From: a virus
Lineage: Duplodnaviria; Caudoviricetes
Reading direction: 5' to 3' (one strand)
IMG/VR virus record: IMGVR_UViG_3300027323_000004
Coordinates: 1 to 26,083 of that record
DNA: 26,083 nt
Numbering within the stretch: the first letter of the stretch is position 1; every line of letters starts with the position of its first letter. The translations under genes were made by a program, and so were the position numbers. The notes beneath the pieces are model-generated. The model searched no databases. It worked only from the letters and a program-made list of their open reading frames with translations, and was not told the DNA's origin. Below are positions 1 through 10,800 of this stretch, piece after piece.

Positions 1-2
1 AA

Positions 3-377
3 GAACTCGATACCTTTAATCCAGACTGGCACAATGACCTGGCTGTTACCGAGATAAGCGAGTATATCTACAACGCGGCCAGCCCGTTACATTATTATGT
101 TACGCCACCCGTCCATACCATCACTGCTGTTTATGTTGAGATGCGCCTTGCTACCAATCATGTGGCGGTGGTGGATGAAAATACAGATGTGCCCATCATT
201 GAGCAATATACACCGGCATTAGTCGAATGGTGTTTGTATCGTTTATTTAGTCGAGACAGTGAAAAATCGCCTAATTATGCAAGAGCGGCAAAACATTATT
301 CACAATTTTTTCAGATATTGGGTGAGAAAGTTGCCGTAGATGCAACGGTTGATCCGAAAGTTATTGAGAACTTGTAG
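3..377 (+). CDS. Phage head-tail adaptor / tail tubular A-like protein (DUF6682-like), 5'-truncated by the window edge
   Basis: The frame is open from base 3 (ELDTFNPDWHNDL...YIYNAASPLHYYVTPP...VEMRL) into the tracked ORF 141-377 (PALVEWCLYRLFSRDSE...A..HY..F...LG). Motifs and position upstream of tail genes fit podovirus adaptors. Confidence 0.7.
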   Translation, partial: ELDTFNPDWHNDLAVTEISEYIYNAASPLHYYVTPPVHTITAVYVEMRLATNHVAVVDENTDVPIIEQYTPALVEWCLYRLFSRDSEKSPNYARAAKHYSQFFQILGEKVAVDATVDPKVIENL

Positions 378-386
378 AGAATAAAC

Positions 387-1670
387 ATGGCTGAAATATT
401 TACAAATTTTGGTACAAGTACATTAGTGGGTAATGCGGCAATAGGCTCAACTGCTCTAACTGTACAAACCGGAGAAGGTTCCAGGTTTCCCGCTCCATCA
501 GGCGGTGATTTCTTCCGGGCGCTTTTGTTTAATAAAATCACCGCTGAATATGAATTTGTTGTAGTCACGTCACGCCTTGGTGATGTGTTTACCTGTGCAG
601 CAACAACAGTGGCCTTTAATGCAGGCGATATAGTTGAAAACAGGCCAAGCAGTGAATTTTATAACAGCCTAAGCAGTATCACTGGCGCGAGCATTCAGAG
701 CGGCAGTTACTTTTATGGCGTCGATACGGGGGCGCCGGATAGTTATCTTGCTGCGATGACCCCTACAGCACTCACACTTACGGCAGGACAGGAAGTACGG
801 ATTAAAATAGGAACCGGTAATAACAGTACGGGTGGTGCCTGTACGCTCAAACTGGACGCTTTAGCTGCCAGGTCAGTCATTATGGAAGATGGCTCAAACC
901 CACCGGCCAATTCAATTAAGGCCGGTAAAATCCATACCTTTGTTGATAACGGGACGGCTTATATATTCCGGCCAGTGGGATTAGCTTTAACCGACACCGC
1001 ATTTGATGCGCTTAATAAGCAAATAAAAAGAGTGGCCGCAGGGTCAGCAAGTACCGATGTTGCAACGATTGGCGGCACAGAAATCCTTAGTAATAAAACA
1101 GTAGAAAACGGGTTATTTACTGGCACACAACAGGGCTTTGCCGGTGACGTTAGCGGCAATTCCAGCACAGCAGATACATTAAGTACCGCAAGAACCATTG
1201 CCGTTAGCGGCAGTGTCAGTGGCGATGCTGCGTTTGATGGCTCCGCTAATATTACTATTAATGCAGCTCAAGCTGCCGATTCAATCAATTCATCCCATAT
1301 TCAAGATAATACGCTGACATTTGCCGATGATTTAAACCGCACAGATTCAAGCAGTGATAGATCTTTTAACACTTCCGGTGTATTGGTACCTGTCGGGGTA
1401 TGGAATATAACCGGTAAAAACAGAGTATTTAATCGGCTTAATCCTTCGATAAGAAACTATTCAGTTGTGGTTGAAACTCACAATGGGCCAACAGGTGATT
1501 GGCAAGCACTGTTTACGCTATTTTCTCACACGGAAGAAGACGATGACACAGGAGTATTTTTTACTACTGAAACAAGGGCTTCAGCGCAAGTAATCTCTGA
1601 CGGCACTAACGTAAGAATAAAGGGGTTTAATTTAGAAAACCTTGTTCTAGCTAAAAAGATTTATGCTTAG
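387..1670 (+). CDS. Tail fibre / receptor-binding protein
   Basis: Rich in G/A/T/S. Has an N-terminal 'TALTVQTGEGSRFP...EFVVVTSRLGDVFT' phage module, a 'DTGAPDSY...STGGACTLKLDAL' segment and the fibre repeat 'GNSSTADTLSTARTIAVSGSVSGDAAFDGSANITI'. Followed by a chaperone-like gene. Confidence 0.75.
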   Translation: MAEIFTNFGTSTLVGNAAIGSTALTVQTGEGSRFPAPSGGDFFRALLFNKITAEYEFVVVTSRLGDVFTCAATTVAFNAGDIVENRPSSEFYNSLSSITGASIQSGSYFYGVDTGAPDSYLAAMTPTALTLTAGQEVRIKIGTGNNSTGGACTLKLDALAARSVIMEDGSNPPANSIKAGKIHTFVDNGTAYIFRPVGLALTDTAFDALNKQIKRVAAGSASTDVATIGGTEILSNKTVENGLFTGTQQGFAGDVSGNSSTADTLSTARTIAVSGSVSGDAAFDGSANITINAAQAADSINSSHIQDNTLTFADDLNRTDSSSDRSFNTSGVLVPVGVWNITGKNRVFNRLNPSIRNYSVVVETHNGPTGDWQALFTLFSHTEEDDDTGVFFTTETRASAQVISDGTNVRIKGFNLENLVLAKKIYA

Positions 1671-1678
1671 GAAGAAAA

Positions 1679-2227
1679 ATGTATTATACAAAAGTAGATA
1701 AAAACGGTGTGCCTGATGTTTATTTTATAACATCAAAGGGCCATAAAAGCGATGAAATACCAAAAGGCATGGTACATATGCCTGCCAGTATTTTTAATCG
1801 ACACAATAAAGACGCATTGGCACAGCAATGGACAGGCAGTAAGTGGATTGACTATGTTGAACCGGTAGTCGATATCGACCCGCTGCCTTATTTAAAACAG
1901 GCCGCAAACAATGAAATCCGTTACAAATTCAAACAGGCGACATTAGAGCCTATTGTGATAGACGGCGTTGAATACCACGGCGATTTTGAATCGTGGGTGA
2001 GATTAAATGAAGCTAAAAACCTGGCAGTAATGGCAAAGGTTGATAATGTTGTTTTTTATGCGGTAGATAATACCGCGCAAAAACTGACGCTGAATGAAGC
2101 AAAAAATATCGTGCTTATTATTGGCAGTAATTATCAAATGAAATTAGCGCGTAAACAACAATATTTGAACGATATTGAAAATATCGCCGACATTAATGTA
2201 ATAAAAGAATTTATCGTAGAGTATTAA
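1679..2227 (+). CDS. Tail fibre assembly/chaperone-like protein (DUF4376-like C-terminus)
   Basis: 'QWTGSKWID' followed by 'LKQAANNEIR...IDGVEYHGD...AVDNTAQKLT...ARKQQYLNDIE'; lies directly downstream of the fibre gene. Confidence 0.65.
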   Translation: MYYTKVDKNGVPDVYFITSKGHKSDEIPKGMVHMPASIFNRHNKDALAQQWTGSKWIDYVEPVVDIDPLPYLKQAANNEIRYKFKQATLEPIVIDGVEYHGDFESWVRLNEAKNLAVMAKVDNVVFYAVDNTAQKLTLNEAKNIVLIIGSNYQMKLARKQQYLNDIENIADINVIKEFIVEY

Positions 2228-2232
2228 ACCTC

Positions 2233-4266
2233 GTGTCGATAATCAGCATAAAAAAGTTTAACGGTATTGCGCCAAGATATGCAAAACGAAAACTGCACCC
2301 TTCATTTGCACAAGAAGCATTAAACTGTGATTTATGGAGTAATGAAGTCCGCTCATTACGCAGCAGTGTGATTGTTGACGTGCCCGGTAAAGAGGGCGAC
2401 ATTCAAACGATACACAAGCTCGGGCCATTATTTTTACACTGGAATGAAGATGTTGATGTGGTTCGCTCCCCGTTATCATCCAGTGATAGTGACCGAATAT
2501 ATTACTCTGGTCATTATGGTATTAAATCGACTAATTTAACATTAGCGAGTAATGGCGCAGGGACAAACTACCCGCTTGACTGGTATCGTTTGGGCTTGCC
2601 TGCGCCGGATAATGCGCCAGCATTAAGCGTGACCGGTGGTTCTGGCACCACCATTACCCGTGATTACGTTTACACCTACGTCACTGCATGGGGTGAAGAA
2701 AGCGCGCCCTCGCCCCATGTCACCATAACGGGTTTTGTTGATGGCTCATGGGATTTATCCGTCATGGATATTGCGCCATTAAATACCGGTACGATTACAA
2801 ACATTGCTATAGGTGGTGGAGTCGCCACTTTTACGGTGAGTGCCGCGCATTTTCTTGAAACAGGTGACTATGTTAATTTTAGTAACATTGTTGGTACCGG
2901 TGATTTACCGGATACCTTCAATAATGCCAATCCTTTACCTGTCACTCGGCTAACGGCCACCACGTTTAGTGTAGCCTTGTCACCTTCTGGCACTTATACA
3001 TCTGGTGGCACGTGGACACGTGAAGCTAATCTACAAGTGACCAATATGACTAAGCGGATTTACCGGACGGTATCGGGCAAGTTTCGTTTCGTTACTGAAA
3101 TACCCGTCGCGCAAACCACTCATAACGATACACTTGATGACACGCTCTTAGGCGAAGAGCTGCCGAGTATTGACTGGACCAGTCCACCACAAGATATAAA
3201 AGGGTTGATTGGTTTAACTAATGGGGTAATAGCCGGGTTTAAAGGCAATACTTTGTATTTATCTGAGCCCTTCATGCCACATGCGTTCCCGACAGGTTAT
3301 GATCAAAATTTCTCTTATGAGATTGTTGGTCTTGCTACAGTCGGTTCAACTATTATCGTTACCACAAAGGGTAATCCTTATATCGTAACCGGCAATGATC
3401 CTGCGTTTATGGGTGCTGATGAACTGGATTTTTTCCAGGCATGTGTTTCTAAGCGTTCAATTGTTAGTATAAAAAACGGCATGATATACGCCTGCCCGGA
3501 TGGCTTGGCTTACATATCTTCATCTGGTGCGCCCAGCATTATTACCCGCAACTGGTTAAAAGAAATTGACTGGCGTGAATACAATCCTTCGTCAATGAAT
3601 GCAGTAGTCCATGACGACCGTTATTATGTGTTTTTTGAAGGTGGTCTGGATAATGATGGCGGGGCTTCGCGAAGGGGGGCGCTTGTTTTCGATCCCTCAG
3701 AGCCAGATTCAACCTTAACCGTATTAAGCGTCTACGCAACAGCCGCTTATAATCATTTAGAAGACGGTAATTTATATTTAGTTGATGGCGATTTTATTGT
3801 TAATTTTGGCAAAGGCGGCGGTTTTATTACCGCACAATGGAAATCAAAACGTTTTATCCTGGGAACGCAAACAACCATGCAGGCAGCCCAGGTTAAGTTT
3901 TCGGCTGCCGGTGGTATTGCCCTGGTAGACAAACCGGCTGAAATTGCCAAAGTTGTGGCATTTTTGGACGCTAAAGATAATTCTGTTAATGGATCATTTG
4001 GTGGTCATGCCGTTGGAGAGTTTGCGGTGGGTTCTGGCCCCTACATTGACACAACAAAAGATATTAGCGGCAGCAGTCTTTCAGCAACCTTTAAACTTTA
4101 TGTTAATGGTGAACTGCATTATGAACAGCCATTAACTGATTCCAGACCGTTTAGATTGCCCGGTGGTTATAACGCTGATGAATACGAAATTGAACTGTCT
4201 GGAAGTGGGATGAACTTCCATGAAGTAACGATTGCTGAAAGCATTTCAGATTTACAAAAAGCATGA
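2233..4266 (+). CDS. Tail nozzle / tubular protein B-like (virion stabilisation) protein
   Basis: 677 aa, GTG start. Motifs 'FNGIAPR', 'YVYTYVTAWGEESAPSP', 'LYLSEPFMPHAFP', 'CVSKRSIVS...YACPDGL' and 'WKSKRF...PFRLPGG' are typical of this podovirus family. Confidence 0.75.
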   Translation: MSIISIKKFNGIAPRYAKRKLHPSFAQEALNCDLWSNEVRSLRSSVIVDVPGKEGDIQTIHKLGPLFLHWNEDVDVVRSPLSSSDSDRIYYSGHYGIKSTNLTLASNGAGTNYPLDWYRLGLPAPDNAPALSVTGGSGTTITRDYVYTYVTAWGEESAPSPHVTITGFVDGSWDLSVMDIAPLNTGTITNIAIGGGVATFTVSAAHFLETGDYVNFSNIVGTGDLPDTFNNANPLPVTRLTATTFSVALSPSGTYTSGGTWTREANLQVTNMTKRIYRTVSGKFRFVTEIPVAQTTHNDTLDDTLLGEELPSIDWTSPPQDIKGLIGLTNGVIAGFKGNTLYLSEPFMPHAFPTGYDQNFSYEIVGLATVGSTIIVTTKGNPYIVTGNDPAFMGADELDFFQACVSKRSIVSIKNGMIYACPDGLAYISSSGAPSIITRNWLKEIDWREYNPSSMNAVVHDDRYYVFFEGGLDNDGGASRRGALVFDPSEPDSTLTVLSVYATAAYNHLEDGNLYLVDGDFIVNFGKGGGFITAQWKSKRFILGTQTTMQAAQVKFSAAGGIALVDKPAEIAKVVAFLDAKDNSVNGSFGGHAVGEFAVGSGPYIDTTKDISGSSLSATFKLYVNGELHYEQPLTDSRPFRLPGGYNADEYEIELSGSGMNFHEVTIAESISDLQKA

Positions 4267-4466
4267 GTAAAAAACTAACACAAATACCGTCAATATCTAC
4301 TTTGTCATCAATACAAGACCCGAATTTAAAACGGTTTTTATTGGCGATAAAAGCACAAGTTGAAGGGATGCAAAGAGATGTTAACCGGGTAGGCACGAGC
4401 ATTAAGCGCCCGAGTGTGCAGGATATGATAGATGCTGGCGTGGTAAACGCGGATAAAATAAAATGA
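4263..4466 (+). CDS. Small hypothetical virion-module protein
   Basis: 67 aa; overlaps both neighbours by ATGA, consistent with translational coupling. Confidence 0.6.
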   Translation: MSKKLTQIPSISTLSSIQDPNLKRFLLAIKAQVEGMQRDVNRVGTSIKRPSVQDMIDAGVVNADKIK

Positions 4467-5029
4467 ATGCCCAATGTTTTCTTAATCCAGTTACAGCTTA
4501 TCGTTTTAACCCTGTTGTTGTTACTTTTGGTTGTAAAGAAGTAGCGCTTAGTCATAAAGACAAAATTAGAAGGGTTGCTGAGACCTTTTTTAATAGCCCG
4601 TATCATAATCGAAAAGATATAACGACATTTGCTGATTACATACAATCGTTGCCCGAAAATTTAGGCGAAAATCCATATCCATTATTCCATGTATTTGCTG
4701 ACGGGGTTTATTCGCGTGAAATTCATATTCCTGCGGGACATATTATTGTTGGCAAAATACATCGTTTTGAAAGCATGGTTTATGTGATGAAAGGGAAACT
4801 ACTTGTTGCTGATGAATTTGGTATTAAGATGGTAACTGCTCCAGCGCAATTTGTATCAAAAGCAGGGGTTCAGCGTATTGCATATATTTTAGAAGACACA
4901 GTATGGATGGATGTTCATCACACCGATAAAACAACGGTGACTGAGGCAGAAAAGGCGTTATTTTTTAATTCACATAAAGATTTGAATTTAGTTGGAAATA
5001 TTGGAGATTTATTATGTCAGCAGCAATAG
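4463..5029 (+). CDS. Phage cupin-fold protein
   Basis: 'HVFADGVYSREIHIPAGHIIVGKIH...KGKLLV...APAQFVSKAGVQRIAYILEDTVWMDVH' matches a cupin-like family often found just before ejection-protein genes. Confidence 0.7.
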   Translation: MNAQCFLNPVTAYRFNPVVVTFGCKEVALSHKDKIRRVAETFFNSPYHNRKDITTFADYIQSLPENLGENPYPLFHVFADGVYSREIHIPAGHIIVGKIHRFESMVYVMKGKLLVADEFGIKMVTAPAQFVSKAGVQRIAYILEDTVWMDVHHTDKTTVTEAEKALFFNSHKDLNLVGNIGDLLCQQQ

Positions 5030-5826
5030 CCGGTATAGCGATAGGCGGGGCAAGCCTGCTTATGGGCGCAGAAGCGCAAGGTGATGCAAGTGATGCAGCG
5101 AGAGCGCAACAGGCAGCATTAAATGAACAAAACCAGCTTGCACGAGAACAGTGGGAGCAATACTCAGAAAACATTCTGCCGCTTGAAATAGAAGCGCAAG
5201 AGCTGGGGATTGATGCACGAAAACTAGCACAACAGCGCGGGGAGGATGATTATAAGCTATACACTGACTTTTACCGCCCGGTTCAAGAACAATTCGCTAC
5301 GATGGCTCAGGAGGGGGTGCGCGATCAGACTGACAGGGCTACTCGTGAAGCCGCTGAAACCGTAGCCGGTCAATTTGATGTTGCACGTGGAACCGAACAA
5401 AGAAACTTAGAGCGCCGTGGTGTTCGTCCAGATTCAGGAGCGTACCGCAGTAATGAGCGTCAATATGGTCTAGCTGAGGCAAAAGCCAGTTCTGGCGCTA
5501 TTAACCTTGCGCGTGAGAATGAAAAAGACCGGGTTGAAAATGAAAACTTTAGCCGCTTATCGGTTGCCAGTGGTCGCGCCCCTGGTGGCAACAGGCCAAC
5601 GCAAGCCTCTGGTGGAACCAGTTTATCGCCAACGGCTTCACTTTCCGCATACGGCGGCATAGCCAGCCAATACGGCAATATAGCAAACAACAATGCCGCG
5701 AACGCAGGCGGTATTGTGCAGGGTGGTTTAGAGCTTGCTGGTCAGATATATAACATGAGAGCTCCCGCTACTAATGCATGGGATGATTACGGTGTCACAG
5801 AAGCAGATTACAATGCTTATTATTAA
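5014..5826 (+). CDS. Internal virion / DNA ejection protein (small)
   Basis: Hydrophobic Gly/Ala N-terminus (MSAAIAGIAIGGASLLMG), Q/A-rich coiled region and G/N/A-rich tail; first of three progressively larger genes after the nozzle. Confidence 0.65.
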   Translation: MSAAIAGIAIGGASLLMGAEAQGDASDAARAQQAALNEQNQLAREQWEQYSENILPLEIEAQELGIDARKLAQQRGEDDYKLYTDFYRPVQEQFATMAQEGVRDQTDRATREAAETVAGQFDVARGTEQRNLERRGVRPDSGAYRSNERQYGLAEAKASSGAINLARENEKDRVENENFSRLSVASGRAPGGNRPTQASGGTSLSPTASLSAYGGIASQYGNIANNNAANAGGIVQGGLELAGQIYNMRAPATNAWDDYGVTEADYNAYY

Positions 5827-5837
5827 AGGTAATTATT

Positions 5838-7475
5838 ATGAGTAGCACATACGGTTTAGGTAGTGTATTAACAGGTGCATCACGCGCAATGCGTAACATT
5901 AAGGCCGATTATCGTGCTGATGAAACTTATAATCAGGGGTTAGAAGATGCAGAGCGATCACGCGAATACCAACAAAGTCGGCGTGAACGCCAGCAAGTTT
6001 TAGATGAAAGGAACGATGATTCTTATGTACGGGCTGATGTAAATTATGGCAGACAAGAAAAAACCTACCAGAGAGCGGAGATGGGAAGAAAGGTCAGAAG
6101 CGCTTTTATGATCTCTGGTGATATTTCTGGAATAATGCCACTTTATAACTCGATAGATGATGGCAACCAAATCACAAACATAGAAAAACCAAAAACCAAA
6201 AACGGTAAGTATTTAATTACTTTTCAGATAAATGGTCAAGATAAAACAGCGCCTATGAGTCGTGATGAAATCGGCATGGCTCTTACAGGCATAACAAATC
6301 CTAATGAAATAACAAGAATGGAAGCAGAGCAAGCGAAAGCAGTGCGAGCACAGGAAGACAAATTAGCGCAAATAGGTTTGCAAAATACCGGTAGTTTAGC
6401 CGTTGCCAACGTTAGAGCTGGTGGTGAGACCGGGGCAAGCAAAGCACAGGCACAACAGAATAAAATAAGTAAGGAGCGGGTAGATTATCACACAAAAAGA
6501 GGCGATATTACACAGACAGCACTAGATACAATGGGCTTTCAGTATGTATCTAAAGCTGACGCTTCTTCCCGGATAGGGGTGCTTGGTGTGGCTTACGAGA
6601 TTGCTAGAAATGGCGATAGAGCCGGTGCATCGCGTGACGCACAAAGAGACTTGCTTGTATATGCAAAACAAGCAGAAAAGATTGTAAACGAAGAGTTTGA
6701 AGAAGGTGTTGAAATAGGCGTTATCCCGGAAGATGAATGGAAAGAGGAGCGAGTTAGGCTTGTGCTGGAATCCATTGTCGATGAACGCTTAAACCAACTA
6801 CAGCAGACCGGTACAACTAACACAAAAAGCGAAACACAGCCTAAAAAACTGACGCAGGAGCAATACTATGAAAAAGCAAAAAAACTCGGTTGGCCAGACG
6901 ATATAATCCAGCAAAAAATGCAGGAAGATATTAAGGCAAATAAAGTTGAAACAAAGGCCAATAACGCTCCAATTGAAACGCCTGCGCCAGAAAATGCAGT
7001 GGCACAGGGTGGGTTAGAGCATGGTCAGACGGGTATTGACCCAGCAAAGGATACCTTGGACAAGGCTTTAGATACAACGGTTGTTGCAATGGCTGATGAT
7101 ACCGAAATTAGCGAACCAGAAAAGCCAGATCAGGGGTTATCAGGCGGGTATTCGTCTGGTATTACAAAATCAAAATCAAAGCTGGACGCAATTAAAGCAG
7201 ATATACAGGATTTATTGCCAGAGGAACCCGATTTTGGAGGGGGCATTTCTCAGATCAGAAAAAGACAGGTACACGGTAATAAGGTTAGAGGTGCGGCGCG
7301 GCAGGTCAAACAACGATTAAATAGCAGAACAGGTAATTTGAAAGGCTTGTCGCCTGAGACAGTCCGGCTTGCCTTGCTTGATAGTTCGTTAGTCAGAAAA
7401 TTAACGAAGAAAAAAATAGCCATTATTCGTAAGTATCTCAATAGTGAGAAAATCACAATTGCAAGTAATAATTAA
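5838..7475 (+). CDS. Internal virion / DNA ejection protein (medium)
   Basis: 545 aa, AAGG RBS, 'GLGSVLTGA' N-terminus and charged helical composition; assignment rests mainly on synteny. Confidence 0.55.
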   Translation: MSSTYGLGSVLTGASRAMRNIKADYRADETYNQGLEDAERSREYQQSRRERQQVLDERNDDSYVRADVNYGRQEKTYQRAEMGRKVRSAFMISGDISGIMPLYNSIDDGNQITNIEKPKTKNGKYLITFQINGQDKTAPMSRDEIGMALTGITNPNEITRMEAEQAKAVRAQEDKLAQIGLQNTGSLAVANVRAGGETGASKAQAQQNKISKERVDYHTKRGDITQTALDTMGFQYVSKADASSRIGVLGVAYEIARNGDRAGASRDAQRDLLVYAKQAEKIVNEEFEEGVEIGVIPEDEWKEERVRLVLESIVDERLNQLQQTGTTNTKSETQPKKLTQEQYYEKAKKLGWPDDIIQQKMQEDIKANKVETKANNAPIETPAPENAVAQGGLEHGQTGIDPAKDTLDKALDTTVVAMADDTEISEPEKPDQGLSGGYSSGITKSKSKLDAIKADIQDLLPEEPDFGGGISQIRKRQVHGNKVRGAARQVKQRLNSRTGNLKGLSPETVRLALLDSSLVRKLTKKKIAIIRKYLNSEKITIASNN

Positions 7476-7488
7476 AGAGGTTAAAAAA

Positions 7489-7770
7489 ATGAAATTAATA
7501 AATAATATGCTTAAAGGGTATCTTGAAAAACATGGCTATATAGTTTTTAAACCGCTTTGTGAAATACAAAAAATTGTTGAACATACAAGTGATGTAGAAG
7601 AAGTGAAGGTTGATCCGTTGTTTGAAGAAGCGTTTAGTATTGACGAAGATATTGCGATTCAACTTTATGATGCCAATGCATTAAATGCTGATCTTCAAAA
7701 AGAAATTAATGAACTTAAAAAAACCATGCATGTTGACACTGAACAAGCGATTGTTAAGTCTGCTTTGTGA
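7489..7770 (+). CDS. Hypothetical protein, paralogue of 18952-19239
   Basis: GAGG at 7477-7480 favours the ATG at 7489 (93 aa). Shares 'MK.INN.L..YLEKHGY' and 'SIDEDIA.QLYDANA.N..LQKE...LKK' with the - strand copy. Confidence 0.7.
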   Translation: MKLINNMLKGYLEKHGYIVFKPLCEIQKIVEHTSDVEEVKVDPLFEEAFSIDEDIAIQLYDANALNADLQKEINELKKTMHVDTEQAIVKSAL

Positions 7771-7811
7771 TTTTGACATAATATTTTATCCTCCATAGCT
7801 AAACCCTCTAC

Positions 7812-7833
7812 AGCCCGTTAATTCGGGCTTTTT
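7812..7833 (+). terminator. Rho-independent terminator
   Basis: AGCCCG-TTAATT-CGGGCT followed by a T run, in the gap before the giant ORF. Confidence 0.65.
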
Positions 7834-7890
7834 AATGGTAGAAAGCTGATTTAATATAAGGTTAAATTCTTAGATAAATCTATTGAGATA

Positions 7891-10800
7891 TTGAAAATGC
7901 CCGAAAACAGCGCTCAAGCCAGTAAATACGACTCTTCTTCTTTCTTTGAAGAGGAAAGTAGCCCATCTACAGACTTAGTACAGTATGATTCTTCTGGTTT
8001 CTTTTCAAACGACTCAGAAACAGATGATAGCAAAAATCAAAATAACGCTTTTGCGCCATACTCTGATGAATCAAATTTTGATGCGTCTTTGCTTAATAAC
8101 CTGCCCTCATTTGAACAAGAGCCTGTGGCGAAAAAAACTGGAAGTCGTGGTCTTATTGGTGAATTTGCCCGAACGATTGCCGATGTGCCAACTTATGCTA
8201 AGGGTAAAGTAGCCTCTGTTATTGAAGGTGATACTCCTTACGCTGAATACAATCGGATGGATGAATGGCGAAAAGAAGCAGGCGAGTTGCTCGAAAAACG
8301 TATCTCAGAACCCGGCGTTAATGAAAAAATATTATTTGGCTATACGGCTAAAGACTTCAGAGAATTAGGCAATAATCTTGCTTTTTCAACTGTTTCAATG
8401 GCCGCTGGGCTTACTGGCGCTATAGCTGCCGCACCAATCCCTGTGCCTGGTACATCATGGGCTGGCGGTGGATTAGCGTCAGGAGTGGCAGCGCAAAGAA
8501 TGGCAACAAATGAATTTTTAACATCAGCGGTTGATGTTAAAAATAGAGAGCGCGAGTTTACTGGCAAATCGCCGATGACCGATGCCGAAACCAAATCATA
8601 CACAAAAACAATAAGAGGGTTAGCTAATGAATCTGGTTACTGGGAAGCAGTGCCGGAAGCTATTGGTAACGTTGCTGGATTAAAAATAATTACAGCGCCT
8701 TTAAGGCAGTTTTTAGGAAAAAACGTTGCATCACGGCTAGTAACAAAATTAAGTTCAGTATATGGCGTAGAGTTTGCCACGGAAACGGTGACCCAAATCG
8801 GGCAGGGTAATGTTGCCGTTGATGCTGGATTGAGCGATAAAGAAAAAAGATCGTTTACAAGCCCTGCTGATGTTTTTGAAGCGTTTAAAGAAATCGCCCC
8901 GGCAACTTTTTTATTAACAACTGTCATGGGGGGAACGGTAGGCACTGGCGTTTATGGTTACAACCGAACAATAGGCGACCCTAAAAAAGCAAAAATTATT
9001 ATAGCCTCAACACTAGAGGGAAATCTTGAGTTAATACCTACCAAAAAACTAAACACGATTATTAGCAGCGCTGAAGATGTTTTTAATCGAAGAAAAGGCG
9101 ACGAAAAGTTAAAAGATGCAATAAGCGCACTAAAGGGGGAGCTTGCATCAAGAGGTGGCACTAATAAAGATATTAAGCAAAAAAGCGATAATACCGAGGA
9201 TATTACCGCCGTTGAAGGTGATATGCCTGTTTCGACTGATATTGATCCTGAATTGGTTAAAGCAGGTAACGAACGAATCAAAGCCAGGTTTGCGCCTGAT
9301 AGTGATGTTTCTGAATTAGTTAAAGCGGATAATAAAAAGATTGGCGAAACAGAAAAAGAAATTTCAAGTATTGATACCAGTGACTTTGGCAAACCTGTAA
9401 GGGGAGCAAAAGGGGCAGCCGGTGAAACAGAGAACAGTATTGATTTTAACGAGTCAGATATTGAGGCAGATCAAGAAGATAAACTAACGCTTGTAGCCAA
9501 AAACCAACAAGGCATAAAAGACAATAACAGTATTGATTTTGAGTATGTTGATACTAAAACGGGTGAAAAGAAAGCGCCGGAGTCTGCTTCAGACTGGTTT
9601 GATGCGGCACACCAGATTGATTACGAAACACCAAAACAAAAGGAACGTAGTTTCGATGAACTGGTTGAGTCGCACAATTCTCGTGATGTACGCAGTGGAT
9701 TAAGGCAGTTACGCAAACAGGAAAAAGAGCTATCCAAAGGTGGTAATGATGCGTTTTCCATCATTGCACAAGCTGGTGGGGTTGATCGGCAAAGTGCCAT
9801 TGACGAAGGCGTAGATCCAGAAGACATTAAAAAACTGAAAGCGCCGGTATTTGGCAAGACAGTGTTTCCGCATAATGGCGGCAGGGGGGTTGACGATATT
9901 GGTGAGCTACTGCATGAATACGGCTTTGCCGGTGAAGATGGAGAACGGTTAGATAAAAACGCAGTATTAGAAATTCTTCATGCGGGTATTAATGGAGAAA
10001 AAACCTATTCACCTGAAGAAGCTGTGGCACAGGCAGACGCGAATGCAACGCTGGATTACATTCGGCCATTAATTAAAAAAGGCGAGTCACGAATAAAAGA
10101 CTTTAAAGACTATAAAGAATTAAAAGAAAAATACGGTGTTGATGTTGCTGATTTTATGTACAACAATCGCCGTGATAACGATTCATTTGAAGAAGCCTAC
10201 AATGAATGGGAAGCAACAGATAATGATTTAAACGAATATGAAAATGATTATACTGAGTATACAACTTCGCTTGATTCGGTTGAGTCGGAAAAAATAAGCA
10301 AAGAAGCCGATGCCTTAGCAAGATTGGCAGACCTGGCAGAAGAAAAAGTCGGGGAAGCTCAAACTAATGCCGTTGTAGATGCGCTGGGTACAGAAGGTGT
10401 TGAAACAAAAGACATTGCACGTGCTTTATATGAATTAGTTATTAGTGAGGATAAAACCAATGAAAAAGGACAGGAAAATCGACAAGAGCAAAGTGAACCT
10501 GGTAGCAATGCACGTATTGCACCAGCGCAGACAGCGCCGGAAGCAGAAACAATCAAGCCAGAAAGAGCAAAATCAGGGAACTTAAAAAAGAAAAAGCTGA
10601 TTGATAAAGCGGCACACGAAGCAGCGACCAGCCCTGAAAACAATCTGGTTGAGCCTGCCACTGGACAAAAAGAAGCCGAAACCAGCAACATCTATCAACT
10701 TAGTAAAACATCTACAGAGTCGAATAATAAATGGCGCAACATTAATCTTGAACGTACTACGCCTGATAAAAAAGACATTAAACTAATCGAGTCTGTACAA

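Noticed and set aside
387-1670. Diversity-generating retroelement or invertible tail fibre
   Set aside because: No reverse transcriptase, invertase or template/variable repeat pair is visible in the window.
7733-7801. Two TTGACA hexamers as a promoter for the giant gene
   Set aside because: No convincing -10 at 16-18 bp, and both lie upstream of the terminator hairpin.
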